The position numbers were made by a program, and so were the translations under genes. From Pseudomonadota bacterium (lineage in GTDB: Bacteria; Pseudomonadota; Gammaproteobacteria; Pseudomonadales; Oceanobacteraceae), in contig JAYYHP010000001.1 of the NCBI GenBank assembly GCA_036148335.1, positions 1-32,186 of the forward strand: DNA of 32,186 nucleotides. The letters run 5' to 3'. Positions 9,618-18,357 of this stretch are shown piece after piece. The notes under the pieces are model-generated. The model was given only the letters and a program-made list of their open reading frames with translations. It had not been told where the DNA came from and did not search any database. Numbering within the stretch: position 1 is the stretch's first letter; the number at the start of each line of letters is the position of its first letter.

Positions 9618-11183
9618 GTGCCCTTGGCTTCATACGACTCACTGCTGTCTCTGTTATCCGAATCTCAGTATCGTCCTTTGTTGACTCGCTTACAGCGCGG
9701 CATTGAGAAAGAAGGATTACGATGCAGTAATGACGGCTTGATCGCCCAGACGCCACACCCAAAGGGAATGGGCTCTGCACTGACGCATCCTGCAATTACC
9801 ACAGACTACTCAGAAGCTCTGCTCGAATTCATTACACCGGTGTTCACCAGTGCTCATGAAGCGGCCGCCTACCTCGAAACCGCGCATCGTTTTGCCTACC
9901 AGCAAATGGAAGGCGAGCTGATCTGGCCTGCGTCCATGCCGTGTATTCTGAAAGGTGAGTTAAGCATTCCAATTGCCGATTACGGTACCTCTAATCTTGG
10001 TCAGCTCAAGCATGCTTACCGTCACGGACTGTGGCACCGCTACGGTCGTGTGATGCAGGCAATCTCAGGTATTCACTACAACTTTTCCTTGCCAGATCAG
10101 CTGCTGGCTCTGCTGGCCGAGCAAGACGGCGAAAAAGCCGATAAAGACGCCATATCGCGTCGTTATTTGAGCATGATCCGTAACTTCCGACGCCATGGTT
10201 GGCTACTGATGTACCTGTTTGGCGCCTCACCTGCGGTGTGCAGCACCTTCCTGGAAGGGCGCGAACACAAGCTGGACAGGCTGCATAAACATACGCTTTA
10301 TGCTCCTTACGCAACCTCTCTGCGGATGAGTGATCTGGGCTATCAGAATAACGCCCAGTCGAGCCTTAAAATCTGTCATAACAGCCTGGACACTTACATC
10401 GACACCTTGAGCAGCGCTCTGACCATCCCTGTCCCCGAATACGAAGCTATCGGTATGCAGGAAGCCTCGGGACAATACAAGCAACTGAACACCAATCTGC
10501 TTCAGATTGAAAACGAGTACTACAGCAATATCAGACCGAAGCGTGTTGGTGAGTCAGGTGAAAAACCGCTGGAGTCACTAGCCCGGGCTGGCATTCAATA
10601 CATCGAAGTTCGCAGTACAGACGTCAACCCGTTCCTGCCGCTGGGTCTCGACATACCTCAAATGCACTTTATGGATATATTCCTGACCTGGTGTGCTCTT
10701 CAGGACAGCGCTGAAATCGACAATGCGGCGTATCAGCGCATTCAGAATAATTTCAGTAAGGTGGTGTACGACGGCCGTAAACCCGGACTTGAACTGGAGA
10801 GTTCTACAGGCAGCAAAAAGCTCACTGACTGGGCCAATGAGCTACTCGACAGTATGCAGCCACTGGCTGAGCTGATGGACGAAGCACACCACCACAGTTT
10901 CCACCGAGATACTCTGGCGCAACAGCGATTAAAAGTCGCCGACAGCAGCCTGACACCATCAGCGCGCGTACTGCGTATTCTGGAAGATGAGAACATTGAA
11001 TTCGCCGAACTGACGCTTCGTCAGGCGAAGGCGCACAGAAAGACCCTCAGCGAGCCCCTTTCTGGAGCCATTCAGGATACGTGGAAAACGATGGCACAGG
11101 ACAGCCTCAATGCTCAGGAAGAGTTGGAACAGAGCGACACGCTGCCCTTCGGTGAGTATCTGACAGCGTACATGACCCGGTAA
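9618..11183 (+). CDS. gshA: Glutamate--cysteine ligase
   Basis: RGIEKEGLR, GSALTHPAITTDYSEALLEFITP, MQAISGIHYNFS, ATSLRMSDLGY, LQIENEYY, YIEVRSTDVNPF. The true start may be the TTG at 9624 (GAGG RBS). Confidence 0.97.
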   Translation: MPLASYDSLLSLLSESQYRPLLTRLQRGIEKEGLRCSNDGLIAQTPHPKGMGSALTHPAITTDYSEALLEFITPVFTSAHEAAAYLETAHRFAYQQMEGELIWPASMPCILKGELSIPIADYGTSNLGQLKHAYRHGLWHRYGRVMQAISGIHYNFSLPDQLLALLAEQDGEKADKDAISRRYLSMIRNFRRHGWLLMYLFGASPAVCSTFLEGREHKLDRLHKHTLYAPYATSLRMSDLGYQNNAQSSLKICHNSLDTYIDTLSSALTIPVPEYEAIGMQEASGQYKQLNTNLLQIENEYYSNIRPKRVGESGEKPLESLARAGIQYIEVRSTDVNPFLPLGLDIPQMHFMDIFLTWCALQDSAEIDNAAYQRIQNNFSKVVYDGRKPGLELESSTGSKKLTDWANELLDSMQPLAELMDEAHHHSFHRDTLAQQRLKVADSSLTPSARVLRILEDENIEFAELTLRQAKAHRKTLSEPLSGAIQDTWKTMAQDSLNAQEELEQSDTLPFGEYLTAYMTR

Positions 11184-11194
11184 TAAACCGGGTC
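11174..11194. terminator. Hairpin over the gshA stop, between convergent gshA and fliL-like gene
   Basis: Perfect 7-bp inverted repeat GACCCGG-TAATAAA-CCGGGTC; no clear U tract. Confidence 0.4.
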
Positions 11195-11207
11195 CGCTTC
11201 GTCAGAG

Positions 11208-11615
11208 TCAGTTCTGAACGACGAAGTTATTGAAGTACAGGTCGTCTACTGCTGGGACGCCCTCCAGCTCGCTCATCACAGCTTTCACTTCCTTAAGCGC
11301 AATCTGACGCAGTTCTTCGCGTCCTTCCGATGAGTTCATGATATTGGCTTCCTGAGCACTGAACAGCATTACCAGACTGTTTCTCAGATACGGCTTATGG
11401 TGCGACACCATGCCAGCGGCCTCGGTAGAGCTGACCTTCAGAGCGACGTCCGTCCTGAGATACTTTATACGCCCGGTACTTCCATAGTTCACAACAAACG
11501 CGGGCTCAAAGTAGATGTACTGGATCTGTGGGCCCACTGGCGCTCCGGCACCGTCTTCCGCAAACGTAGTCAGTGGCAAAGCCATTAACAGGCAAAATAA
11601 TGTACGGGCAAGCAT
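11208..11615 (-). CDS. fliL: Stand-alone FliL-family flagellar basal-body-associated protein
   Basis: ATG 11615 with AGGAGG RBS. Motifs PAFVVNY, KYLRTDVAL, HKPYLRNSLVMLFS, EGREELRQ, DLYFNNFVVQ. Not in a flagellar operon. Confidence 0.85.
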   Translation of the reverse strand: MLARTLFCLLMALPLTTFAEDGAGAPVGPQIQYIYFEPAFVVNYGSTGRIKYLRTDVALKVSSTEAAGMVSHHKPYLRNSLVMLFSAQEANIMNSSEGREELRQIALKEVKAVMSELEGVPAVDDLYFNNFVVQN

Positions 11616-11724
11616 GGCAAACCTCCTTGAATTGTAGATTTTTATCAAGCTTAGCAGCCGTAACAGATTCCGCCGGGGACGCGTGGTAGACTCGAGGCTC
11701 TTTCAGCAAAATAAAACCAGTGAT

Positions 11725-12258
11725 ATGACTCTTCAACGCCTGTTTCCCAGCTCTGTCGTTGCCGGTGGCTACCTGGCCGGGTTTATTATCTGTGCGCTGT
11801 TACTGGGCGCGGCCTACTACTTCGAATATCAACTTTTTCTCGACCCTTGCCCACTTTGCATTGTTCAGCGAATCGCAACGCTGGCAGTCGGAATTGGCTG
11901 TTTACTCGCTTTCCTCAGCCGCAATACGCGCTTGCCACAACTGGCGTCACTGATGTTCACCTTTGCGTCATCTGTATTTGGTATATGGGTTTCACATCGT
12001 CATGTGTGGTTGCAGGGGCTGCCAGCGGACGAGGTGCCTGAATGCGGCCCCAGTGTTGAATACATGGCGGAGGTACTGCCCTTCACAGAGCTGGTTACCT
12101 TTATGCTCCAGGCCAGCGGCAGTTGTGCAGACGTATCCTGGTCATTCATGAGCATGAGCATGCCTGAATGGATGCGCGTGGTATTCGTCGGGTTTGCGGT
12201 CGTAAGTGCTATTGGCCTGGTTCGCGCCATACAGATGCCAAAGCCCCATGATGCATAA
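11725..12258 (+). CDS. dsbB: Disulfide bond formation protein B
   Basis: Four TM segments, PCPLCIVQR active-site motif and a second Cys pair (PECGP...GSCADVSW). The start at 11725 is inferred. Confidence 0.95.
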   Translation: MTLQRLFPSSVVAGGYLAGFIICALLLGAAYYFEYQLFLDPCPLCIVQRIATLAVGIGCLLAFLSRNTRLPQLASLMFTFASSVFGIWVSHRHVWLQGLPADEVPECGPSVEYMAEVLPFTELVTFMLQASGSCADVSWSFMSMSMPEWMRVVFVGFAVVSAIGLVRAIQMPKPHDA

Positions 12259-12272
12259 GTTGCCACTAATGC

Positions 12273-12327
12273 AAGAAAAAAAACTCAAAAAAGTTGCTTG
12301 AAAACGCCGTTTCAGCGCGCCTATATT
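12273..12327 (+). promoter_or_regulatory. Putative sigma70 promoter of rsd with A-tract UP element
   Basis: A tracts at 12273-12292, then TTGAAA (12298-12303), 18 bp, TATATT (12322-12327). Confidence 0.5.
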
Positions 12328-12375
12328 GGTGACACTGAGGCATGGGTTTCACCCGTTTTACAGAGGAATTTTGAC

Positions 12376-12849
12376 ATGCTGGAACAATGCAAAAATGCAC
12401 AGGAACGCTGGGGTGGTGTACATCAACTCATCGATAAATGGCTGAATGAACGTCAGAGTCTGATTGTTCTGTTCTGCAATCTGAGCGCAAGCAAGCCACT
12501 CTCAGACGAAGAGCCGCTGGCTCCGAACCTGCAGCGCTTCTGCGAAGTGATGATGGATTACTGCTCGGCAGGCCACTTCGAAATCTACGAACAGTTAATG
12601 AATGAAGCCCGCGAGTTCGACGATGGCTCCATCGACCTTGCTAACGAGCACATGCCTCGTCTGGAAATCCTCACGGGTGAGTGCGTCGACTTCAATGACA
12701 CGTACGACAAGCACTGCTCTCTTGAGCAACTGGCCAAATTGCCGTCTGATCTTTCAGCCATTGGCGAAGTGCTCGAAGAGCGCTTCCAGATCGAAGACAA
12801 CCTGATCGAGAAAATGCACAACGTGCATCGCGAAGCCGTTGCCAGCTGA
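12376..12849 (+). CDS. rsd: Regulator of sigma D (Rsd/AlgQ anti-sigma70 factor)
   Basis: ATG 12376 with GAGGA RBS. MLEQCKNAQERWGGVHQLIDKWLNERQ, DYCSAGHFEIYEQL, GEVLEERFQIED. Follows dsbB as algQ does in Pseudomonas. Confidence 0.95.
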   Translation: MLEQCKNAQERWGGVHQLIDKWLNERQSLIVLFCNLSASKPLSDEEPLAPNLQRFCEVMMDYCSAGHFEIYEQLMNEAREFDDGSIDLANEHMPRLEILTGECVDFNDTYDKHCSLEQLAKLPSDLSAIGEVLEERFQIEDNLIEKMHNVHREAVAS

Positions 12850-12918
12850 TTTCTGAACTACACTGACAACAGGGCGCGCGGTGTGCGCGTCCACTGATCG
12901 TACATGGAACAGGTTGTC

Positions 12919-13875
12919 ATGATTCTCCGCACCATTGTCGTTTTATCTTCCCTCTTCCTGGTAGTCGCCTGTGACAAAGCGGCGGAACCAGATCGTTATT
13001 CTGAAGTTGCCACCCAAGGCGTTTACAGCATCCGTATTAACCATGCGGGACATGCCGCATTTATCGGTAGCCTGCATCACGGCGGAAGCTACTGGACGCT
13101 TGATCCGGCGGAACGACACTTCGACTGGAACCACACGCCGGACGGCTACAGTAACCTGACCAGCGCGGCCTTCTCACCCGAAGATGCCTACGTCGCCAGC
13201 GCCGATAACCGCACCATCGTGCTGTGGGAGGTGGCGACAGGAGCCGCAGTATGGTTCTGGAATGCACCGGGCGATATCGAGGACATCGCTCTGACAAGCA
13301 ACGGTCAACTCGCTCTTCTGGCGATGCAGGATTACACCGCCACACTATTTGATATCCGTAACGGCGGCATACGCCAGCGCTTGCCCCACGACGGTATCGT
13401 CTACGACGTCAGCCTCAGTCTGGATGGATTAATCGGCGCATCGGCCAGTGACGATTTAACCGCGGTGATCTGGAATCTCAATGACGGCAGCCCAATCGCG
13501 ACGTTACAGCACAATAACCAGGTCAAAACTGCCGAGCTATCTGGCAGCGGACGTCTCGTATTTACCTCAGCTCTGCGTGAGCCAGGTCGTCTCTGGGATG
13601 CTGCAAGCGGTGAGCTGTTGTTTGAATTTCCGGGTGGCAGGGGGCATTTCACCTCTGCACGATTTAACGATACAGAGAGACAGCTTCTGACTGGTAACAC
13701 GTCAGGCCAGATTCAATTGTGGGACACACAGACCGGGGCCGAACTCGGACGCTGGCGAGCCACTCCGGGGGACCATTGGGTGGGTAACAACGTGACCGTC
13801 GAAGACGTCGGTTTCTCAGATACAGGTATTGTCGCGGCCGCAGCAAATGGCCGCGTCTATCATATTACTTTTTAG
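12919..13875 (+). CDS. WD40-repeat beta-propeller lipoprotein
   Basis: Lipobox VVA|C. Repeated WD-like units (TIVLWEV, ATLFDI, SASDDLTAVIWNL, GRLWDA, LTGNTSGQIQLWDT). Start is 12904 or 12919. Confidence 0.85.
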   Translation: MILRTIVVLSSLFLVVACDKAAEPDRYSEVATQGVYSIRINHAGHAAFIGSLHHGGSYWTLDPAERHFDWNHTPDGYSNLTSAAFSPEDAYVASADNRTIVLWEVATGAAVWFWNAPGDIEDIALTSNGQLALLAMQDYTATLFDIRNGGIRQRLPHDGIVYDVSLSLDGLIGASASDDLTAVIWNLNDGSPIATLQHNNQVKTAELSGSGRLVFTSALREPGRLWDAASGELLFEFPGGRGHFTSARFNDTERQLLTGNTSGQIQLWDTQTGAELGRWRATPGDHWVGNNVTVEDVGFSDTGIVAAAANGRVYHITF

Positions 13876-13909
13876 CGAAAGGTTTGATCCGGAGCAGTAA
13901 ATCCAAGCC

Positions 13910-14338
13910 TCAGGGCTCGTTCTCGGATGAATATCGCGATTCCAGCATCGACTTCACCTGCTTAGCCTGATCAATTAATTCCAGCGCCTGAGATGGCATG
14001 ACAACGGGCGAATCTGGAATTGCAGGTTCAGGGCTGATCAACTGTGCATCCGTTGACTTCTCTTCCTGAGTGGCTACCGGAGCCAGAATATTCGCCGCCG
14101 TATCGATATTCACCGGAATAGCTTCAACACCCTCTGGGGCCTCATTACCAAAGTGCCACTGGCCATTGGCATCCTGCCATTTATAAAACGTCTGGCGAGT
14201 CTGAGTCGAAGAGGTAGGCGGCGTGTACTGGCTGAGCGAGACGCCGGAATCCCCAGACTGAATGCGCTTCATGACATAGGGGGTAGCAAAGGCCACGCCC
14301 AGCACACTCATCATAAAAATAATGGCCGTCAGTTTCAT
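13910..14338 (-). CDS. DUF4124-like small exported or membrane-anchored protein
   Basis: N-terminal hydrophobic segment, FYKWQDANGQWHFGNEAP motif, AAGGAG RBS. Confidence 0.75.
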   Translation of the reverse strand: MKLTAIIFMMSVLGVAFATPYVMKRIQSGDSGVSLSQYTPPTSSTQTRQTFYKWQDANGQWHFGNEAPEGVEAIPVNIDTAANILAPVATQEEKSTDAQLISPEPAIPDSPVVMPSQALELIDQAKQVKSMLESRYSSENEP

Positions 14339-14423
14339 ATCAACTCCTTTTGTACACAGGCGTCAGCAAAATGCCCATTTATGCAGTATGCTTAATCATA
14401 ACACTCATCGCCAAAGGGAAACG

Positions 14424-15161
14424 ATGCCCTCTATGACCGCCGGGGTAATCAGTCAGAAGCCACGCATTGTCAGCCAAGCCCGAGCTGTACGTGTACTGGT
14501 GGCCAACGCAAAAGGCGGTTGCGGAAAAACTACCCTGGCGACCAACCTCGCCTGTCAGTTTGCCCGCGAAGGGAAAACAACCACTCTTATTGATCATGAC
14601 CCGCAGGCGTCGGCTACCGACTGGTTAAAACTCCGTAATGCCCGACTGCCGATCATCAACGGTATTGAAGCCGAGCGTGAGAGGCACCGCGCTGGCTCGA
14701 CCCTCAGTTGGCGTATGCGCATTCCGCTGGCGACAGAGCGCGTGGTCATCGATACACCAGCAGGGTTACATGGGAACGCCCTCTCTGACCTCGTTGCTCA
14801 GGCAGACATCATTCTGATACCCGTAATTCCTTCTGCAATTGATATGCGCGCCGCCACAGAATTTATCCACGCATTGCGTAAGACTCAGGCATATCGTCAG
14901 CGTGCATGCACGATTGCCGTGGTCGCCAATCGGGTGAAACGCAACACGCTGAGTTTTAATTCGCTGAAGACGTATCTGGATGAACTCGGTATTCCATTCG
15001 TCACTGCGCTGCGCGACACACAATTCTATGTAAAAGCTGGAGAGCACGGCTTTGGTGTCGTCGACTTTGACCGACAACACCCCAAAGAGCAGGAAGAATG
15101 GCAGCCGCTCATGCACTGGCTTGGCTGTACCATTGACGATATCCGGCAAGCCCAGTCTTAA
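14424..15161 (+). CDS. Orphan ParA/MinD-family ATPase
   Basis: Deviant Walker A NAKGGCGKTT, IDHDPQAS, VIDTPAG, ADIILIPVIPSAID. ATG 14424 with AAGGGA RBS. No adjacent parB. Confidence 0.9.
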   Translation: MPSMTAGVISQKPRIVSQARAVRVLVANAKGGCGKTTLATNLACQFAREGKTTTLIDHDPQASATDWLKLRNARLPIINGIEAERERHRAGSTLSWRMRIPLATERVVIDTPAGLHGNALSDLVAQADIILIPVIPSAIDMRAATEFIHALRKTQAYRQRACTIAVVANRVKRNTLSFNSLKTYLDELGIPFVTALRDTQFYVKAGEHGFGVVDFDRQHPKEQEEWQPLMHWLGCTIDDIRQAQS

Positions 15162-15178
15162 GTGCTAGGTGCTAGGTG
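15162..15178. repeat. Short tandem heptamer (GTGCTAG)x2.4
   Basis: GTGCTAG GTGCTAG GTG fills the whole gap between two convergent stop codons. Confidence 0.6.
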
Positions 15179-15898
15179 TCAGATTTCCGCTTCCAGCCCG
15201 AACAAATTCCTGACTTCGGTACGAACCGCCGCTTTCGCTCCCATACGCAGAACCTGACCGTGCGCACCGACTAAGGCATCAAAATCGAGTTCAATCAGGC
15301 GTTCAAAATCATGCTGCATGGACCCACCCTTCGGTGTGACCCGCTTAAGCCAGGGGGCGCCAATATTCATGCCCCGATGAAAACCTAAGAACCGAAAAGC
15401 CAACTTGGATACCGGAGAAAAATGCGTCCACTCTTTGTGGTACTGCAGACTGTCTGTCGTGATCAGCAAACGACTGCGATGGAGCAATAGCGCGGACTCA
15501 GGATAGCGAGCATTGTGAAACACAAAAAACTCACTGTGTTTTACCGGGCCGGGTGACGCCTCATCCACCAGCACATCGATACCGGGCTCGGGATAGTTAC
15601 TCTGGCCAGCCTGCGCCCAGAAAAGGCACTGGTAGCGGTCGACGTAAAACTGATCATCCGCTCCATGGAAATCGCCCAACCGCACTACCCGGGCGACATC
15701 TCACAGTGCATCAAGGTCCACCAGCCCAGCATCAGACAGTCGTATCGGGTTGACCAATGTGAGTTCCCGACCTTCTCTGAGAATCAACATATTGCGATTC
15801 AGGCGCATGCCGGGGCCAACACGAACACTGCCGTGAACCCAAAAAACGTCGGGGAATAATTCCTGAATATCCTGATGTGGGAATGCGGGTGAATACAT
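15179..15898 (-). pseudogene. DUF4336-like (metallo-beta-lactamase-like fold) gene interrupted by one in-frame TGA at 15703-15701
   Basis: ORFs 15701..15973 and 15179..15685 share a frame. Joined they read MYSPAFPH...NMLILREGRELTLVNPIRL...LDAL*DVARVVRLGDFHGADD...DFDALVGAHG (239 codons). AGGAGG RBS before ATG 15898. Confidence 0.75.
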
Positions 15899-15944
15899 GT
15901 TTCCTCCTGAAACTTCGATTACCTGCACGTACGACTTTGCAGCG

Positions 15945-16373
15945 TTACGGTTGAGCGAGTTGAAGCAACTCACGACATTCCTTTTCCGAACTACAGATTA
16001 GCATAAGACCCTGTAGACCACAGTTCTCCGATGCGGCCGGGCTATCCTTCAATACTGTCCACAATAACCCCAGACCGTAACGCTCTGCTTCCAGTTCGGC
16101 CTTCTTAAGCAACTCGTATAAATCTCCATGCTCACCACGCTGACAAGCACGTCGGCGGTCACGTAAAGGCAGAATCATAGATTCCCGCCATGCCACGTAA
16201 TCCGGTGCATTGAGGGCCTCCTCGGAGATTCTTAGCGCGGTTTCATTCGCCCATAAAACAGCCAGTATCTGCAGAATATCGGCGTCAAACTCGTCCTGCA
16301 GTCGTAGTAAAAGCGACTCGACACCCGGCCGGGAATACACCTGAAGTGCATACCGCCAGAGCGCGTTATTCAT
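15945..16373 (-). CDS. TIGR02444/DUF2390-family protein
   Basis: LWRYALQVYSRPGVESLLLRLQD, WRESMILPLR.RR, LKKAELEAER. This family is usually adjacent to yheS. Confidence 0.85.
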   Translation of the reverse strand: MNNALWRYALQVYSRPGVESLLLRLQDEFDADILQILAVLWANETALRISEEALNAPDYVAWRESMILPLRDRRRACQRGEHGDLYELLKKAELEAERYGLGLLWTVLKDSPAASENCGLQGLMLICSSEKECRELLQLAQP

Positions 16374-16438
16374 TGGTTCGTCACCTGCTTCTGTGGCAAA
16401 CTGCGCCGCCATTAGTCTTACCTTTCTTGATGGGTCTT

Positions 16439-18340
16439 ATGATTGAGTTTACTCAGGTTGCGCTGCAACGCGGTACTAACTTTTTGCTGGAAAACGCCAG
16501 CCTGCGTATTCACGACGGTCAGAAACTGGCCTTAATCGGCCCCAATGGCGCAGGCAAGTCGAGCCTCTTTGCCCTATTGAACGGTGAACTGACTGTCGAC
16601 GCCGGAGACCTCAGCATTCCCGCGAAATGGCGTATCGCGCACATGCAGCAGGAAGTGAGTGCCACCGAACGCACAGCGCTCGATTATGCCATTGATGGCG
16701 ACCGTAAATACCGAGAAATCGAACACGGTATCGCTACTGCCAGCGACGATCAGGTTCTGACACGCTGGATGGACGCAATGGACGAACATCAAGGCTATCA
16801 GGTACCGGTGAAAGCAGAGCAGTTACTGCAAGGCTTGGGATTCTCACAAGCCGATATGCAGCGGCCAGTCAGGGACTTCTCAGGTGGTTGGCGTATTCGC
16901 TTAAATCTGGCACAGACTCTGATGACCCCGTCCGATCTGATGCTGCTGGATGAGCCGACGAACCACCTTGATCTCGAAGCGACCCTGTGGCTTGAAGGCT
17001 GGCTCAAAAAGTATCCGGGAACGCTGCTGTTTATTTCGCATGACCGCGATTTTATCGATTCTGTCGCAGACCATATTGTCCAGCTCCATCAGAAGCAGTT
17101 AATTCAATATCCGGGTAACTACAGCGCCTACGAACGCATACGGGCAGAGAAGCTGGCGCAACAGCAATCTGTGTATGAGAAACAACAGGAGCGCGTTGCT
17201 GAGATCGAGAAATTCGTTGCTCGCTTTCGGGCCAAAGCCAGTAAAGCCAAACAGGCTCAAAGCCGCTTAAAAGAACTGCAGCGCATGGAACTGATTGCAC
17301 CCGCGCATGTGGATTCGCCGTTCCGGTTCGAGTTTCCCTGCTACGAGAAAATGTCGTCGCCTTTACTCGCTATCGACCGGGCAGATCTCGGCTACACCGA
17401 CAAAGTTATTCTGCCGGGTACGAATATTTCCATCGTACCGGGACATCGCATTGGTCTACTTGGGCCGAACGGAGCGGGTAAATCAACGTTATTAAAAACG
17501 CTCTGCGAGGATATTCCACTGATCAGTGGAGAGCGTAGTAGCGGAGAACATTGTCGCATCGGTTATTTTGCTCAGCATCAACTCGAATCTCTTGATGTAA
17601 AAGCGTCTGGTAGCCTGATCCTTCAACGCTTAAAGCCTCAGGCCAGCGAGCAGGAAATTCGAAACTTTTTGGGCGGATTTGGCTTTCATGGTGATAAAGC
17701 GCTTGAAGTCATTGAGCCGTTTTCAGGCGGAGAAAAAGCACGACTGGCACTGGCCTGTGTTGCCTGGATGAAGCCCAACTTATTGATTCTCGATGAGCCG
17801 ACCAACCACCTCGATATTGAAATGCGTGAGGCGCTGGCGCTGGCGCTGCAGAATTTTGAAGGTGCGATTTTAATCGTCAGCCACGACCGTCACCTGTTGA
17901 AATCCACGGTGGATGAATACTGGCTCGTGGATCACGGCAAAGTACAAAGCTTCGATGGTGATCTGGATGATTATCACGATTACATGAATCATCGGACGGA
18001 CGTACCCAATCCAACATCCTCACAGGATGTGAATGCTGTTAATACCCCTGAAGCTAAACCTTCAATCGACCGTAAAGAACAAAAAAGACTCGAAGCAGAG
18101 CGCCGCCAACGATTGGCACCGATACGGAAAAAACAACAAGCTGCCGAAAAGCAGATGGAAAAGCTTCAGGCTGAATTAGCAGACATCGAAGATAAGATGG
18201 GTGACTCGGACCTTTACGATGCCAGCCGAAAAGACGAATTAAGCACATTGATTCAACGACAGGGCGCGTTAAAAAGTGAGCTCGAAGATGTTGAAATGGA
18301 GTGGATGGATTTAACCGAGCAATTAGAAGCAGCCGATTAA
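16439..18340 (+). CDS. yheS: ABC-F family ATPase (YheS-like translation factor)
   Basis: Two ABC cassettes (GPNGAGKS twice; FSGGWRIRLNLA, FSGGEKARLALA; LDEPTNHLD twice), linker RFRAKASKAKQAQSR, C-terminal coiled coil, no TM segments. Confidence 0.9.
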   Translation: MIEFTQVALQRGTNFLLENASLRIHDGQKLALIGPNGAGKSSLFALLNGELTVDAGDLSIPAKWRIAHMQQEVSATERTALDYAIDGDRKYREIEHGIATASDDQVLTRWMDAMDEHQGYQVPVKAEQLLQGLGFSQADMQRPVRDFSGGWRIRLNLAQTLMTPSDLMLLDEPTNHLDLEATLWLEGWLKKYPGTLLFISHDRDFIDSVADHIVQLHQKQLIQYPGNYSAYERIRAEKLAQQQSVYEKQQERVAEIEKFVARFRAKASKAKQAQSRLKELQRMELIAPAHVDSPFRFEFPCYEKMSSPLLAIDRADLGYTDKVILPGTNISIVPGHRIGLLGPNGAGKSTLLKTLCEDIPLISGERSSGEHCRIGYFAQHQLESLDVKASGSLILQRLKPQASEQEIRNFLGGFGFHGDKALEVIEPFSGGEKARLALACVAWMKPNLLILDEPTNHLDIEMREALALALQNFEGAILIVSHDRHLLKSTVDEYWLVDHGKVQSFDGDLDDYHDYMNHRTDVPNPTSSQDVNAVNTPEAKPSIDRKEQKRLEAERRQRLAPIRKKQQAAEKQMEKLQAELADIEDKMGDSDLYDASRKDELSTLIQRQGALKSELEDVEMEWMDLTEQLEAAD

Positions 18341-18357
18341 AGGCACACCATAACCAC

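Noticed and set aside
12872-12892. GC-rich hairpin after rsd as a terminator
   Set aside because: It has an 8-bp stem but no U tract, and the next gene starts within ~30 bp on the same strand; at most a stability or pause element.
15701-15703. Alternative genetic code (TGA = Gly or Trp)
   Set aside because: TGA is the normal stop of several intact genes here (the 930..2420 kinase, TonB receptor, rsd, the 27374..30562 ORF).
16439-18340. ABC transporter or antibiotic-resistance ABC-F
   Set aside because: No TM partner; sequence and context match housekeeping YheS.
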